Assembly (NCBI GenBank): GCA_034003765.1
Contig: JAVEXZ010000005.1
Span: 32,981 to 96,980 of the forward strand
Direction: 5' to 3'
Length of the DNA: 64,000 nucleotides
Source of the DNA: Anaerovoracaceae bacterium
Lineage (GTDB): Bacteria > Bacillota > Clostridia > Peptostreptococcales > Anaerovoracaceae
Both the position numbers and the translations under genes were made by a program. Below are positions 49,954 to 59,315 of the stretch, one piece after another; position 1 is the stretch's first letter, and each line of letters begins with the position of its first letter. The notes beneath the pieces are model-generated. The model did no database searches. It was not told the origin of the DNA and worked only from the letters and a program-made list of their open reading frames with translations.

Positions 49954-50913
49954 TCAATGATTTTTCCTAGACCATTCAACCTTAAGTGTGTCTAGCTTTA
50001 GAGACTCATCAAAGCTTTTGCTAAGGACCACAAAACCCGAACCGAAAAATGTTTCTCGAAGAGACTCCATAGTAGCTGGCAAGGTAGATGATAGGACTCC
50101 ATAAAATTCCTGGCAGTGATTCAGCAAAATACTGCCTATACTTTGGCTATCTGCTGACTTCTTTACAAAAGGACCTTCAAGAACGGTTTCATCCTTTATA
50201 GCTACAAAACCAACAATATCATCATTTTCTGTATATAAGAAAACTCGATCAGTGTGTAGATATCTTTCGCGAACAATGTCGTAGATTTCATGCCAATAAG
50301 AAGAATCCAAGTGAGGATACCATCTCATATTATTATCAAGCCAAAGGCCCATAATGGTCCCAATATCATCAGGTCCCGAAGTTCTAATTACAGGTAAGAG
50401 GAAGGAAATCCGTCTTTTTCTTTGAAAGACTCGTAGATCAAAGTAGCGATTTACAAGGTATGCGATGAGAATACCAAAAATAGTTTCAACTAGTCGCATG
50501 GTTCCATAAATAATAGGTGGTTGGTCCTTTTCACCAAGAAGTATCATCAAGAAAACCACAAGGCTTATAATAGTGCTGGCTTGTACTTTAAAGATATTGC
50601 AAAGGTAGATAATAAGCACAACATTAATAATGGCTAAGACAGTTGCCACCTTTATGCCTGATTCAACAAGGAGCATTAGGGTTATTATTCCCAGAACAGA
50701 ACCAATAAATGTCCCAATAGTTCTTTCTATTCCTGTGGTTAGGGAGTTTTGATAGCTGGACTTCATGCAGATAATAGCAGTTATGGAGGCTTGAATCCCG
50801 TCGCTAATACCTATGATTTGAAAGAGTATTAGGCAAAAACCAACGGCAAAAGCAGTTTTTATATTTCGCATCCCTATTTTAAATCTCGAGTCCATTTTTT
50901 TGCTCCTAGCCAA
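49954..50913 (-). CDS. FUSC/aromatic-acid-exporter-like membrane domain fused to a GNAT-like C-terminal domain
   Basis: The N-terminal 4-5 TM region (MRNIKTAFAVGFCLILFQ...) resembles ArAE/FUSC_2. The C-terminus (VFLYTENDDIVGFVAI...SIGSILLNHC...GFVV) has a GNAT pattern. Confidence 0.45.
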   Translation of the reverse strand: MARSKKMDSRFKIGMRNIKTAFAVGFCLILFQIIGISDGIQASITAIICMKSSYQNSLTTGIERTIGTFIGSVLGIITLMLLVESGIKVATVLAIINVVLIIYLCNIFKVQASTIISLVVFLMILLGEKDQPPIIYGTMRLVETIFGILIAYLVNRYFDLRVFQRKRRISFLLPVIRTSGPDDIGTIMGLWLDNNMRWYPHLDSSYWHEIYDIVRERYLHTDRVFLYTENDDIVGFVAIKDETVLEGPFVKKSADSQSIGSILLNHCQEFYGVLSSTLPATMESLRETFFGSGFVVLSKSFDESLKLDTLKVEWSRKNH

Positions 50914-51116
50914 AAATAATTACAGAATCAAATTAGATAAAACAAACTTTTCACTAACATCAAAGACAGCACAAATATTCTTTTTCTAGTCAGTTTTATA
51001 ACCATTAGAATTCCTACAATATATTGCAAATAAATTTTTGGGAATTTGCTAAGTTATTTAGCAATTAATTTAGTTTAAGCCATCAAAGATATTACCAAAA
51101 TCACATTATAGATTTG

Positions 51117-52106
51117 TCATAGGTTTGTCGCTGCAAGCTGTGCCCAATTTGTATCTTCTAGAGCAGCCCGCCCCACACCCACCATATGGCAGGTTCCTTT
51201 TTCCAAGAGGCTTTCAATATCCCTAGGGCTCTTAACACCTCCCGTTAGTATAAGGGGAATATTAGTAGCTGCCTTAATGGCTTTTGCTTCCTGGGAAAAA
51301 TATCCGGGCTTATCATCAAGTGGATTAATATAGCTACACATACCCCCAGAAATGCTTATTATATCAGCTCCTGATTTTTCAAAAGCCTTAGCGGCAGCCA
51401 AGGCATCTTCCATAGTACTTCCACCTTCCATATAGTCTAAGGCCCCAAATCGCACTGCGATTAAAAAATCCTCTCCAAGCTTAGTTCTTACCCCATCTAT
51501 AATTTCCTTGTGTATTCTTATCCTATTAGTAATACTTCCACCGTACTGGTCGCTTCTCTTATTGGTTAAAGGAGAGTAAAATTGGTTTAAGAGATAACCA
51601 TGGGCAGAGTGAATTTCTACACCATCAAAACCAGCAGCTTTAGCTCGAGTTGCGGCATCTCGAAAAGCACAGACCAATGCTTCTATTTCAGAAATCCCCA
51701 GCTCTCTAGGGGCATCTCCTTTTCTCGGACTTGGAATTTCTGATGGAGCCACAGGTTGAAAGCCTGTAAAATCATTAAAAGTGCAGCTGCCAGCATGGTT
51801 AAGCTGTAAAAGCGTTTTCGACCCATTATTTTTTATGGTCGTAGCCATAACTTCTAGGCCCAAAATCATAGGGTCTGTGGCAGAGGACAATTGACCTAAA
51901 GATGTTCTGCCCTCTTGGGACACAAAGCTGTCGGGAACAACAACAAGAGAAAAGTAGCCACCTCGGCTAAGTTTATCATAATGAGAAATCAAATCAGGGG
52001 AAACACTGCCATCAGTATGGGCTTTTCCAATGCAGACAGCAGGATGAATCAGTCGATTATGAAAAACATGTGATTTTACGGCTAAAGGTTTTAACAAGAA
52101 GCTCAA
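51117..52106 (-). CDS. NADH:flavin oxidoreductase (Old Yellow Enzyme family TIM barrel)
   Basis: It has HNRLIHPAV, the LNHAGS region, DGVEIHSAHGYLLNQFYSP and NKRSDQYGGS. Confidence 0.8.
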   Translation of the reverse strand: MSFLLKPLAVKSHVFHNRLIHPAVCIGKAHTDGSVSPDLISHYDKLSRGGYFSLVVVPDSFVSQEGRTSLGQLSSATDPMILGLEVMATTIKNNGSKTLLQLNHAGSCTFNDFTGFQPVAPSEIPSPRKGDAPRELGISEIEALVCAFRDAATRAKAAGFDGVEIHSAHGYLLNQFYSPLTNKRSDQYGGSITNRIRIHKEIIDGVRTKLGEDFLIAVRFGALDYMEGGSTMEDALAAAKAFEKSGADIISISGGMCSYINPLDDKPGYFSQEAKAIKAATNIPLILTGGVKSPRDIESLLEKGTCHMVGVGRAALEDTNWAQLAATNL

Positions 52107-52652
52107 TTAAAGGCTCCCTTCTTTTTCTTATATTATAGAATAGGTAGATCTCAAAAGATATAGTAATTATTGAAACCCTTAAATAGGATAGGGTTCCTCA
52201 TAACACAATAGAAGAAGGTACTGAGTAATTACTCCTAGCGTATAAATATGACAGGTTAAACGAATGAACTCCCCAACAAATTGTAATTGTAGAAGCTAAA
52301 GGTGAAAGGGGGATAATTGTTAGATTTGCTTCTTGGAAATTCAACAGGCTAATAATTTTAGGAAGATCAACATTTTCCTAATGTTGGGTTTTTCCCAAGC
52401 ATATGGTAATATGGAACCATTATTGGTGAAACGGGATGAGATGAAGAAGATGAGAATAACAACTGGTCAGAATAGAGGTTATTAAGTCTATCTATCTAAA
52501 CAGAGATAATATAAAACCCTAGGGGATAGGGAGATAGCTAGTTTATCCTGTAGCCCTTAAGAGACTGGAAGGACACCCACTTATAAATTGGTGGGAGTAT
52601 GCCAGGTAATATCCTGGCAAAATCAAAGTACATGAATAGGAGATTTTAAACT

Positions 52653-53591
52653 TTGGAAATGATAGTTTTGGGGCTAAGCGTTGTGCTTCCCTTATTTGTT
52701 GTAATGTCTATAGGCTACCTATCCAGAATAGTGAAACTTATAGATGATAGTGGGGTTGGTGTGGTAAATCGTCTTGTATTTTGGGTCTTTTTGCCAGCAA
52801 TTCTATTTGTAAGCGTTTATGAAACCAACTTACAAGAAGCCTTTAATTTCCCTCTAGTCCTTTTTTCTACCCTAGGAACTACTGTGGTATTCCTGATTTC
52901 ATTTTTCTTGCTACCAAAACTCCAAAAGAAAAGAGATCGATGTGGGGTAATAATTCAGGGCCTTATCCGGGGGAATGAAGTATATTTTGGTTTTCCAATT
53001 GTGGTATCTCTTATTGGCTCCCAATACCTTGGGCTTATGTCCATTGTTGTAGCTTTTGCAGTCTTGTTTTATAATGGCTACTCCATATTTGCCCTAGAAT
53101 ATTTCAAAGGGGACACAGTAGACAAGCGGGAAATCTCCAAAAACCTTATAACAAATCCCTTTATCCTAGCAACAATCGCCGCGGTTATTATGAACCTTCT
53201 AGGGCTAGCAATACCAGCTGTTTTAATGCAAGGGATTCATTCCCTAGCAGGGGTGGCTACACCCTTGGCTCTTTTCCTTTTAGGTGCTTCCTTTAACTTT
53301 ACCTCTACAAGAGGCTACCTAAAAGAAGTAGTTTGGACCACAATTTTTAGACTTATTATTATTCCTGGAATAGTAATCGCCCTTAGCATCTTACTGGGCT
53401 TTTCATCTACTGATACGGTTATTCTCTTCGTTACTTTTGGGGTTCCTACTGCAGTAGCCAGTTATTCCATGGCTAGGCAGCTTAATGCGGATTATGAACT
53501 AGCAAGCCAAATCGTTGTTTATACATCCTCTTTTGCTATTTTAACAGTTTTTTTATGGACCATTGTATTACAGTTACTCCAAGTGATATAA
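52653..53591 (+). CDS. AEC (auxin efflux carrier) family transporter
   Basis: It is a 10-TM protein with an AEC-like N-terminus (VLPLFVVMSIGYL). The start may be ATG 52659. Confidence 0.65.
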   Translation: MEMIVLGLSVVLPLFVVMSIGYLSRIVKLIDDSGVGVVNRLVFWVFLPAILFVSVYETNLQEAFNFPLVLFSTLGTTVVFLISFFLLPKLQKKRDRCGVIIQGLIRGNEVYFGFPIVVSLIGSQYLGLMSIVVAFAVLFYNGYSIFALEYFKGDTVDKREISKNLITNPFILATIAAVIMNLLGLAIPAVLMQGIHSLAGVATPLALFLLGASFNFTSTRGYLKEVVWTTIFRLIIIPGIVIALSILLGFSSTDTVILFVTFGVPTAVASYSMARQLNADYELASQIVVYTSSFAILTVFLWTIVLQLLQVI

Positions 53592-53657
53592 TTAAAACAA
53601 CAAAAGTGTGGGCGCAGATAAAAAGGGATAGTGCATCCTGATTAAAAAAAAATAGTC

Positions 53658-53882
53658 GCTAACTTGGGGGAATAGTATAAAATTCGATATAAAAGACATG
53701 GTGCTAACATGGCGGAATAGTATAAATTCTGCTAGAAAAGATATGGCGCTAACATGGCGGAATAGTATAAATTCTGCTAGAAAAGATAAGGCGCTAACAT
53801 GGCGGAATAGTATAAATACTGTTATAAAAAATATGCCACTAATAAGGAAATAGTGAAGCTGACTCATAGAAAGTGATCTGAC
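53658..53882. repeat. 45-bp tandem repeat x about 5
   Basis: GCTAAC starts at 53658, 53703, 53748 and 53793, with a degenerate copy at 53838. The unit is GCTAACATGGCGGAATAGTATAAATTCTGCTAGAAAAGATATGGC. Confidence 0.9.
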
Positions 53883-53908
53883 AAAAACCCAGGGCGGAGG
53901 ATTTAGCC

Positions 53909-54616
53909 ATGAAAACAATAGGGATAATTGGAGGAATGGGGCCCTTGGCCACTGCAGACCTCTATACAAAAATAATAAAATTTACCCAAGCAGAAAAAGA
54001 TCAAGAACACGTTCCCGTTATTATTGATAGTAACCCCTTGATTCCTGACCGCACAGCTTACATTCTTCAGGGTGGAGAATCGCCATTACCGGAAATTGTT
54101 AAATCAATCAGGCGCCTTGAGGCTGCAGGATGCGATTTTCTAATTATGCCTTGTAACACAGCACACCATATTATTGACCAAATAAAAGCAACTACCAAAA
54201 TCCCTTTTATAAACATGATGGAAGAAACAGTAAAGGTGGTTGCAGAGATCTACCCTGGAGAAAAAGTGGGACTATTAGCCACCGACGGTACTGCAAAATC
54301 TGGAGCATATCACAAGTACTTTGAACCACTAGGTCTGGATGTAATTATTCCCAAAGAACACCAAGAAGATGTAATGGACTATATATACCAGGGAGTAAAG
54401 ACTGGGAATTTGGAAAAAGATCTTAAGGGCATAGAAATGGCTATTCATGAAATGGAGGCTATGGGTGCAACAATATTTATCTTAGGTTGCACTGAACTTT
54501 CGGCAGTATCCCAAAGAATCAGAACACTAAATAAGGTTTTATTAGACCCACTTGAAATTCTGGCGGTAAGATCAATCAAGGAAGCCGGTGGAAAAGCAAA
54601 GGAGTTGATTAGATGA
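53909..54616 (+). CDS. aspartate/glutamate-family amino-acid racemase
   Basis: It has IGIIGGMGPLAT and the two catalytic Cys contexts MPCNTAH and ILGCTEL. Confidence 0.85.
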   Translation: MKTIGIIGGMGPLATADLYTKIIKFTQAEKDQEHVPVIIDSNPLIPDRTAYILQGGESPLPEIVKSIRRLEAAGCDFLIMPCNTAHHIIDQIKATTKIPFINMMEETVKVVAEIYPGEKVGLLATDGTAKSGAYHKYFEPLGLDVIIPKEHQEDVMDYIYQGVKTGNLEKDLKGIEMAIHEMEAMGATIFILGCTELSAVSQRIRTLNKVLLDPLEILAVRSIKEAGGKAKELIR

Positions 54617-56013
54617 ACGTTTTAGCAGGATTTTTATTGCCCCACCCCCCTCTTATTATTAAAGAGGTTGGAAGAGGTCAAGAAAATGAAATCGAGAAAA
54701 CCAGAGAAGCTTATAGACAAGTAGGCCAAAAAATCAGTGAGTTAAAGCCGGAAACAATGGTAATCATTTCCCCTCATTCAATTATGTATTCAGATTACTT
54801 TCACATTTCACCAGGCAAACTTGCTCAGGGTGATTTTTCTAATTTTGGGGTAGAAAAAAGTGTTTCCCTCCGAGTTGAATATGACCAGGATTTTGTAAAA
54901 ACACTTTCTGCAAAAGCAATGGACCAAGGGATCATGGCCGGTACCCAAGGGGAAAAAAGCAAAGCCCTGGACCATGGAAGCTCAGTACCAATTGCTATGA
55001 TCAAAGAATACTACAGGGATTTCAAAGTGGTTAGAATTGGAATTTCCGGACAATCCCTAGTCCAACATTATCGACTCGGGAAAACAATTACCCAAACAGC
55101 AAAAGCACTAAATAGAAAAGTGATTGTCATTGCAAGTGGCGATATGTCGCATAAGCTGTTATCGGAAGGCCCTTATGGCTTTGCTCCTGAAGGACCTGTC
55201 TTTGACGAAAAAATCCAACATATAGTAGAGACGGGAAATTTCCAAGAGCTTATGGAAATAAGCGGCCACTTTTGCGAAGAGGCGGCTGAATGCGGACTTA
55301 GACCCTTGGTTACCTTGGCTGGAGCCCTAGATGGAAGGGATGTAGATTCAAAGTCTCTTTCCTATGAAGGACCATTTGGGGTAGGTTATTTGGTGGCCAG
55401 CTTTTTACCCTTGGGAGAAAATCCAAATAGACATTTTGATGTGTCTTTTGAAAAGGAAGAAAGACAACGACTAGAAAAAGAGCAAAACAAGGAAGATGCC
55501 TTTGTCCAGCTAGCTCGAAGATCTTTAGAGACCAAAATCAAAGAGCATAGAGAAATAGGGCTAGATGAAATTCCCCAAGAATTACTAACAGAAGAACTTA
55601 GAGAGAAACAGGCGGGAGTTTTTGTTAGCCTAAAAAAACACGGAGAACTAAGAGGCTGTATTGGGACTACTTTTCCGGTTCAAAAATCTATAGGTTGGGA
55701 AATCCTTCGCAATGCAATAAGCGCTGGTTTAGAAGACCCAAGATTTGATTCCGTATCCTTAGAAGAATTACCCTTTTTAGAGTATAGTGTGGATGTACTT
55801 GGAAATGCAGAAGCGGCTGCCACAATGGATGACCTTGACCCTGTAGAGTATGGTGTAATTGTAGAAAGTGGCTATAGAAAAGGCTTGTTACTTCCCAACC
55901 TTGAGGGAGTAGATACCCCAGAAAAGCAGGTATCCATTGCTCTTCAAAAGGCGGGAATACGAGAAGGAGAGCCCTATACCATGAAGCGGTTCAAGGTAAC
56001 AAGGCATAAATAA
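54613..56013 (+). CDS. fusion of a LigB-type (class III extradiol dioxygenase-like) domain and an AMMECR1 domain (AmmeMemoRadiSam protein A-like)
   Basis: The N-terminus LLPHPPLII...ISPHS is LigB-like. The C-terminus AGVFVSLKKHGELRGCIGT...GLEDPRF is the AMMECR1 hallmark. It overlaps the racemase gene by 4 nt. Confidence 0.75.
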   Translation: MNVLAGFLLPHPPLIIKEVGRGQENEIEKTREAYRQVGQKISELKPETMVIISPHSIMYSDYFHISPGKLAQGDFSNFGVEKSVSLRVEYDQDFVKTLSAKAMDQGIMAGTQGEKSKALDHGSSVPIAMIKEYYRDFKVVRIGISGQSLVQHYRLGKTITQTAKALNRKVIVIASGDMSHKLLSEGPYGFAPEGPVFDEKIQHIVETGNFQELMEISGHFCEEAAECGLRPLVTLAGALDGRDVDSKSLSYEGPFGVGYLVASFLPLGENPNRHFDVSFEKEERQRLEKEQNKEDAFVQLARRSLETKIKEHREIGLDEIPQELLTEELREKQAGVFVSLKKHGELRGCIGTTFPVQKSIGWEILRNAISAGLEDPRFDSVSLEELPFLEYSVDVLGNAEAAATMDDLDPVEYGVIVESGYRKGLLLPNLEGVDTPEKQVSIALQKAGIREGEPYTMKRFKVTRHK

Positions 56014-56087
56014 AAGCTAAAAAATATCTGCATAATAAAAAGTCCATAAATTACAACATCTAGTAAAAGAAGGAACAGGCAAAGGCC

Positions 56088-56987
56088 ATGAAAAAACAAG
56101 AAATACAGGACACCCACAAAAAGAATAGCCATCAAAAGAAGACCTGTGAAATTTGCCCAAAGGCTTGTGTCCTGGGACCCAACCAAGTTGGTTTTTGTGG
56201 TGGAAGAGGGAATGTAGACGGTGAAATAGTGGCCTTAAATTATGGACGGGTGACAGCTATTGGTCTAGACCCCATAGAGAAAAAACCTCTTTTTCAATTC
56301 CATCCAGGGTCCTACGTTTTGTCCGTGGGAAGCTATGGATGTAATTTACGGTGTCCTTTTTGCCAAAACTCCACTATATCAATGGAATACCAAGATGAAT
56401 GGGTGGAAGCCACAGGTAACTACTACTCAAGATATGAAAGCATTATGCCAAATAAGCTGGTGAACTTGGCCCTTTCAGCCAAAAGCAAAGGAAATATAGG
56501 AATAGCCTATACCTACAACGAACCCATAATAGGCTATGAGTACCTCTGGGATTCGGCATTGCTAGCAAGAGAGGCTGGGCTGAAAAACATTTTAGTCACC
56601 AATGGTTACTGTAATGAAAAACCCTGGCAAGACCTCATCCCATATATCGATGCAGTTAATATTGATGTTAAGGGCTTTACCCAAGACTTTTACCACAAGG
56701 TTGGAGGAGAATTAGAAGTGGTAATGAGAAATGTAGAGTCAGCAGCAAATGTTGTCCATGTAGAAATTACTTGCTTGGTAATCCCTGGTGAAAATGACAG
56801 CCCCCAAGAAATGCTAGCTATGTCTAAGTGGCTCGCATCTATAAGCCCCAATATACCACTACACATTTCCCGGTTTTTCCCACAATACAAAATGAATGAA
56901 AAACCTCCCACATCAAAAGAGACCATAGACAATCTTGCGACAGTGGCCCAAGAAAGATTAAAGTTTGTATATAAGGGGAATTACTAG
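56088..56987 (+). CDS. AmmeMemoRadiSam-system radical SAM enzyme
   Basis: It has CNLRCPFCQN (CxxxCxxC) and an N-terminal Cys cluster (CEICPKACVL...GFCG), and it is adjacent to the AMMECR1 gene. Confidence 0.8.
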   Translation: MKKQEIQDTHKKNSHQKKTCEICPKACVLGPNQVGFCGGRGNVDGEIVALNYGRVTAIGLDPIEKKPLFQFHPGSYVLSVGSYGCNLRCPFCQNSTISMEYQDEWVEATGNYYSRYESIMPNKLVNLALSAKSKGNIGIAYTYNEPIIGYEYLWDSALLAREAGLKNILVTNGYCNEKPWQDLIPYIDAVNIDVKGFTQDFYHKVGGELEVVMRNVESAANVVHVEITCLVIPGENDSPQEMLAMSKWLASISPNIPLHISRFFPQYKMNEKPPTSKETIDNLATVAQERLKFVYKGNY

Positions 56988-57000
56988 CTTAAGATTTTTC

Positions 57001-57160
57001 AAAAAACCCCTACAAATTATCTTATAAAAAACAATAAGCTTCCCCTATGGTGGTTATCGTGGTAAAAACTCCTCATACAAATTCTCTTATAAAAAACAAT
57101 AAGCTTCCCCTATGGTGGTTATCGTGGTAAAAACTCCTCCAACAGATTTTCTTGAGAAAT
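57001..57160. repeat. 65-bp tandem repeat x about 2.5
   Basis: CTTATAAAAAACAATAAGCTTCCCCTATGGTGGTTATCGTGGTAAAAACTCCTC occurs at 57021 and 57086. Confidence 0.9.
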
Positions 57161-57243
57161 TATCACAAAGTTTATCACACAGATATAGCTTTTTCAAAAA
57201 AACCCCCATTGCAAAAAATGAAAAAAAAGGGTAAAATACTAGT

Positions 57244-57909
57244 ATGAATATTTTGAATTTAATTCCCGACATAATAGTCGTGTTGCTGGTTTTATTATCG
57301 ATTATTACCGGGTACGCAAAAGGCTTTATAAGAACATTTCTTCATGCCATTGGTTGGATACTATCAATGGTGTTAGCTTTTGTATGGTCTCCTAAGATTC
57401 AAGAATGGCTCTTAAGCCATACCAAGGTCTATGAAAATATGAGGGAATTATTAACAGAAAAGTTCGCTGACTCAGTACCTGGAGCTACGGCTACTTTTGA
57501 TATACTTCCAAGCTCCTTGTCAAAAGGCCTATCAGCATTTACAGGAAATGTGTCTTCTCTTATGACAACCAGGATGACAGACATTATATTTACTATATTT
57601 AGTTTTGTCCTGGTAATATTGGCCGTAAAACTAGTCTTATACATCTTAGTTGGAGTGCTTTCTAAAAAGAACAGAAGAGGCCTTACTGGCATGGTTGACG
57701 GAGTATTAGGAGCAGTGGCAGGATGTGTTACTGGAATTCTTCTTGTCTATGTGCTTTTGGCCCTCTTGATTCCTCTAGCTGCATTGGTTGGCGCCGATCT
57801 AACCCAAACAATAAACCAGGCTATAGACAAGTCTTTTATAGTTAAAGAGATGTATAATAATAATTTGATAGTACTTGTTTTTCAGAACTTTCTTACTGGG
57901 CTTCGCTAG
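57244..57909 (+). CDS. cvpA: CvpA-family membrane protein
   Basis: It has four TM segments, and the N-terminus (NLIPDIIVVLLVLLSIITGYAKGFIR) is typical of CvpA. Confidence 0.7.
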   Translation: MNILNLIPDIIVVLLVLLSIITGYAKGFIRTFLHAIGWILSMVLAFVWSPKIQEWLLSHTKVYENMRELLTEKFADSVPGATATFDILPSSLSKGLSAFTGNVSSLMTTRMTDIIFTIFSFVLVILAVKLVLYILVGVLSKKNRRGLTGMVDGVLGAVAGCVTGILLVYVLLALLIPLAALVGADLTQTINQAIDKSFIVKEMYNNNLIVLVFQNFLTGLR

Positions 57910-57974
57910 TTGAGCTCTTTAATAATGGGATCCTGATAATGATAGGGTTCCAGTCTTAGGATTAATGTATCCAA

Positions 57975-58517
57975 TTACCTTAGTTCGTCGATTCCCTTAT
58001 TGGCCAACAAATCGACCCTGTGATTTTTTTCTACCACACTGACAAAATCCTCATAGGAGAATGAAGGCCCATTCCAATCTATGAATTGTTGATAGACTTG
58101 AGACGGTTCAATAGACTTGCTTTTTAGATTAACATGACCCTTTACACGATAGAATGTAATCTGGTGCTTTTCCAAGTGGCTAAGCAACCTTTCCCATAAA
58201 TCCCGGTTTTCTACGGGCTTTTTGCCTTTGGTTTTCCAGCCGTTGCTGATCCACTCTTTATACCAACCCTTACGAAAACACTCGATTAAATAAGAACTAT
58301 CAGAAAAAACCCTAATAACTTGATTGTCCTTTTTTACAGCTTCTAAAGCAGCAATCAAGGCAAGCATTTCCATTCGATTGTTGGTAGTGTTGGCTTCGCC
58401 TCCGTAAAGCTCCTTCTGGGCCTGGCCATATTCCAATATTGCTCCCCAACCGCCTATATTTTCAGCGTTTTGATTGCCGGAGCAAGCCCCGTCTGTGTAT
58501 ATGTTTATTGTTTTCAT
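57975..58517 (-). CDS. rnhA: ribonuclease HI
   Basis: It has the DEDD context TDGAC, NNRMEM, SDSSY and the C-terminal VDLLAN. A 35-aa insertion precedes the last Asp. Confidence 0.85.
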   Translation of the reverse strand: MKTINIYTDGACSGNQNAENIGGWGAILEYGQAQKELYGGEANTTNNRMEMLALIAALEAVKKDNQVIRVFSDSSYLIECFRKGWYKEWISNGWKTKGKKPVENRDLWERLLSHLEKHQITFYRVKGHVNLKSKSIEPSQVYQQFIDWNGPSFSYEDFVSVVEKNHRVDLLANKGIDELR

Positions 58518-58653
58518 AAGACCATTTTACACATAAAATGTAGATGTTGCAAACCTATAAGGTGTAAACCCACCTTAATTTACCTGTAATGTATTTGTAA
58601 CATGAATATGTTATAGTGGGAACAGTATGATAATGTAAACAATTGAGGGAAAA

Positions 58654-59286
58654 ATGGCCAACACATTTCATGAAAACAAGATAAACTGGAAGAGAATTCT
58701 GGCAATGCTATTAATAGTAGCATTGGTTTTTCTTGTGGCGTTAACCCCTTCAATTGACAAGTCCTATGGAGCGGAAGACCCTGCTGTTACAGTTGTAAAT
58801 CCCATAAATAACACCACAGTATATGCCAATAGCATCTTGATATCAATTAAGCTCACAGCCCCAGAAACAATTAAGATTAACCTTTACAAGCAGGTTAAGA
58901 ATGATGCGGCTGGCAACCCTGTCCCTCTTAGCTTCGGGGAATGGGACAAGATTCAAGATGAATTGAAGGCTATAGCGTCAGGTTCTGCAGTGACCACAAG
59001 CCCTTCCATACAAGTTCTTCAAGGATGGGTAATGGAAACTGTAACATTTACCTCAACAGGTGACCTAGCCTTCTTTACTAAAAAGGTTGAAAACCTTGGT
59101 TCAGGAGTCTACAAAATCAAGATAGACACCCTAGACAAAGACGAGAAAATAATATATAGTCAAGATCAAATTGTTTTTGTAAAGGAGAAGACGGCTCAGC
59201 CCATAAAACCAAGTGTTTTTGAAAACTCACAGCCAGGAACGGTTAGTTTCCTACAAAACCTCTTACGGTCTATTTTTGGGAAATAA
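58654..59286 (+). CDS. secreted/membrane-anchored protein, unknown function
   Basis: It has an N-terminal TM/signal segment (ILAMLLIVALVFLVAL). The rest is beta-rich. Confidence 0.5.
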   Translation: MANTFHENKINWKRILAMLLIVALVFLVALTPSIDKSYGAEDPAVTVVNPINNTTVYANSILISIKLTAPETIKINLYKQVKNDAAGNPVPLSFGEWDKIQDELKAIASGSAVTTSPSIQVLQGWVMETVTFTSTGDLAFFTKKVENLGSGVYKIKIDTLDKDEKIIYSQDQIVFVKEKTAQPIKPSVFENSQPGTVSFLQNLLRSIFGK

Positions 59287-59315
59287 ATTCTTTCCTTAAT
59301 TTTTGAGGAACGAAG

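Noticed and set aside
47200-49954. Genomic island integrated at tRNA-Arg.
   Set aside because: No integrase, excisionase or other mobility gene lies near the tRNA. The repeats enclose only about 190 and 240 bp.
52107-52652. Riboswitch or T-box in the 545-bp region upstream of the AEC transporter.
   Set aside because: I compared it by eye with T-box, SAM-I, TPP, glycine, lysine and purine consensus cores. Only vague resemblances turned up (GGTGGGAG, GCCAGG...CCTGGC hairpin) and none was convincing. It needs a covariance-model scan.
53658-53882. Possible CRISPR array. The same question applies to the arrays at 62732-62901, 57001-57160, 42810-43028 and 61698-61897.
   Set aside because: The units are directly abutting tandem repeats with no unique spacers between them. 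No cas genes are present in the window.
53592-53969. 125-aa minus-strand ORF (FILFRHVSA... repeated).
   Set aside because: It is a translation of the 45-bp repeat array, and it overlaps the racemase start on the opposite strand.
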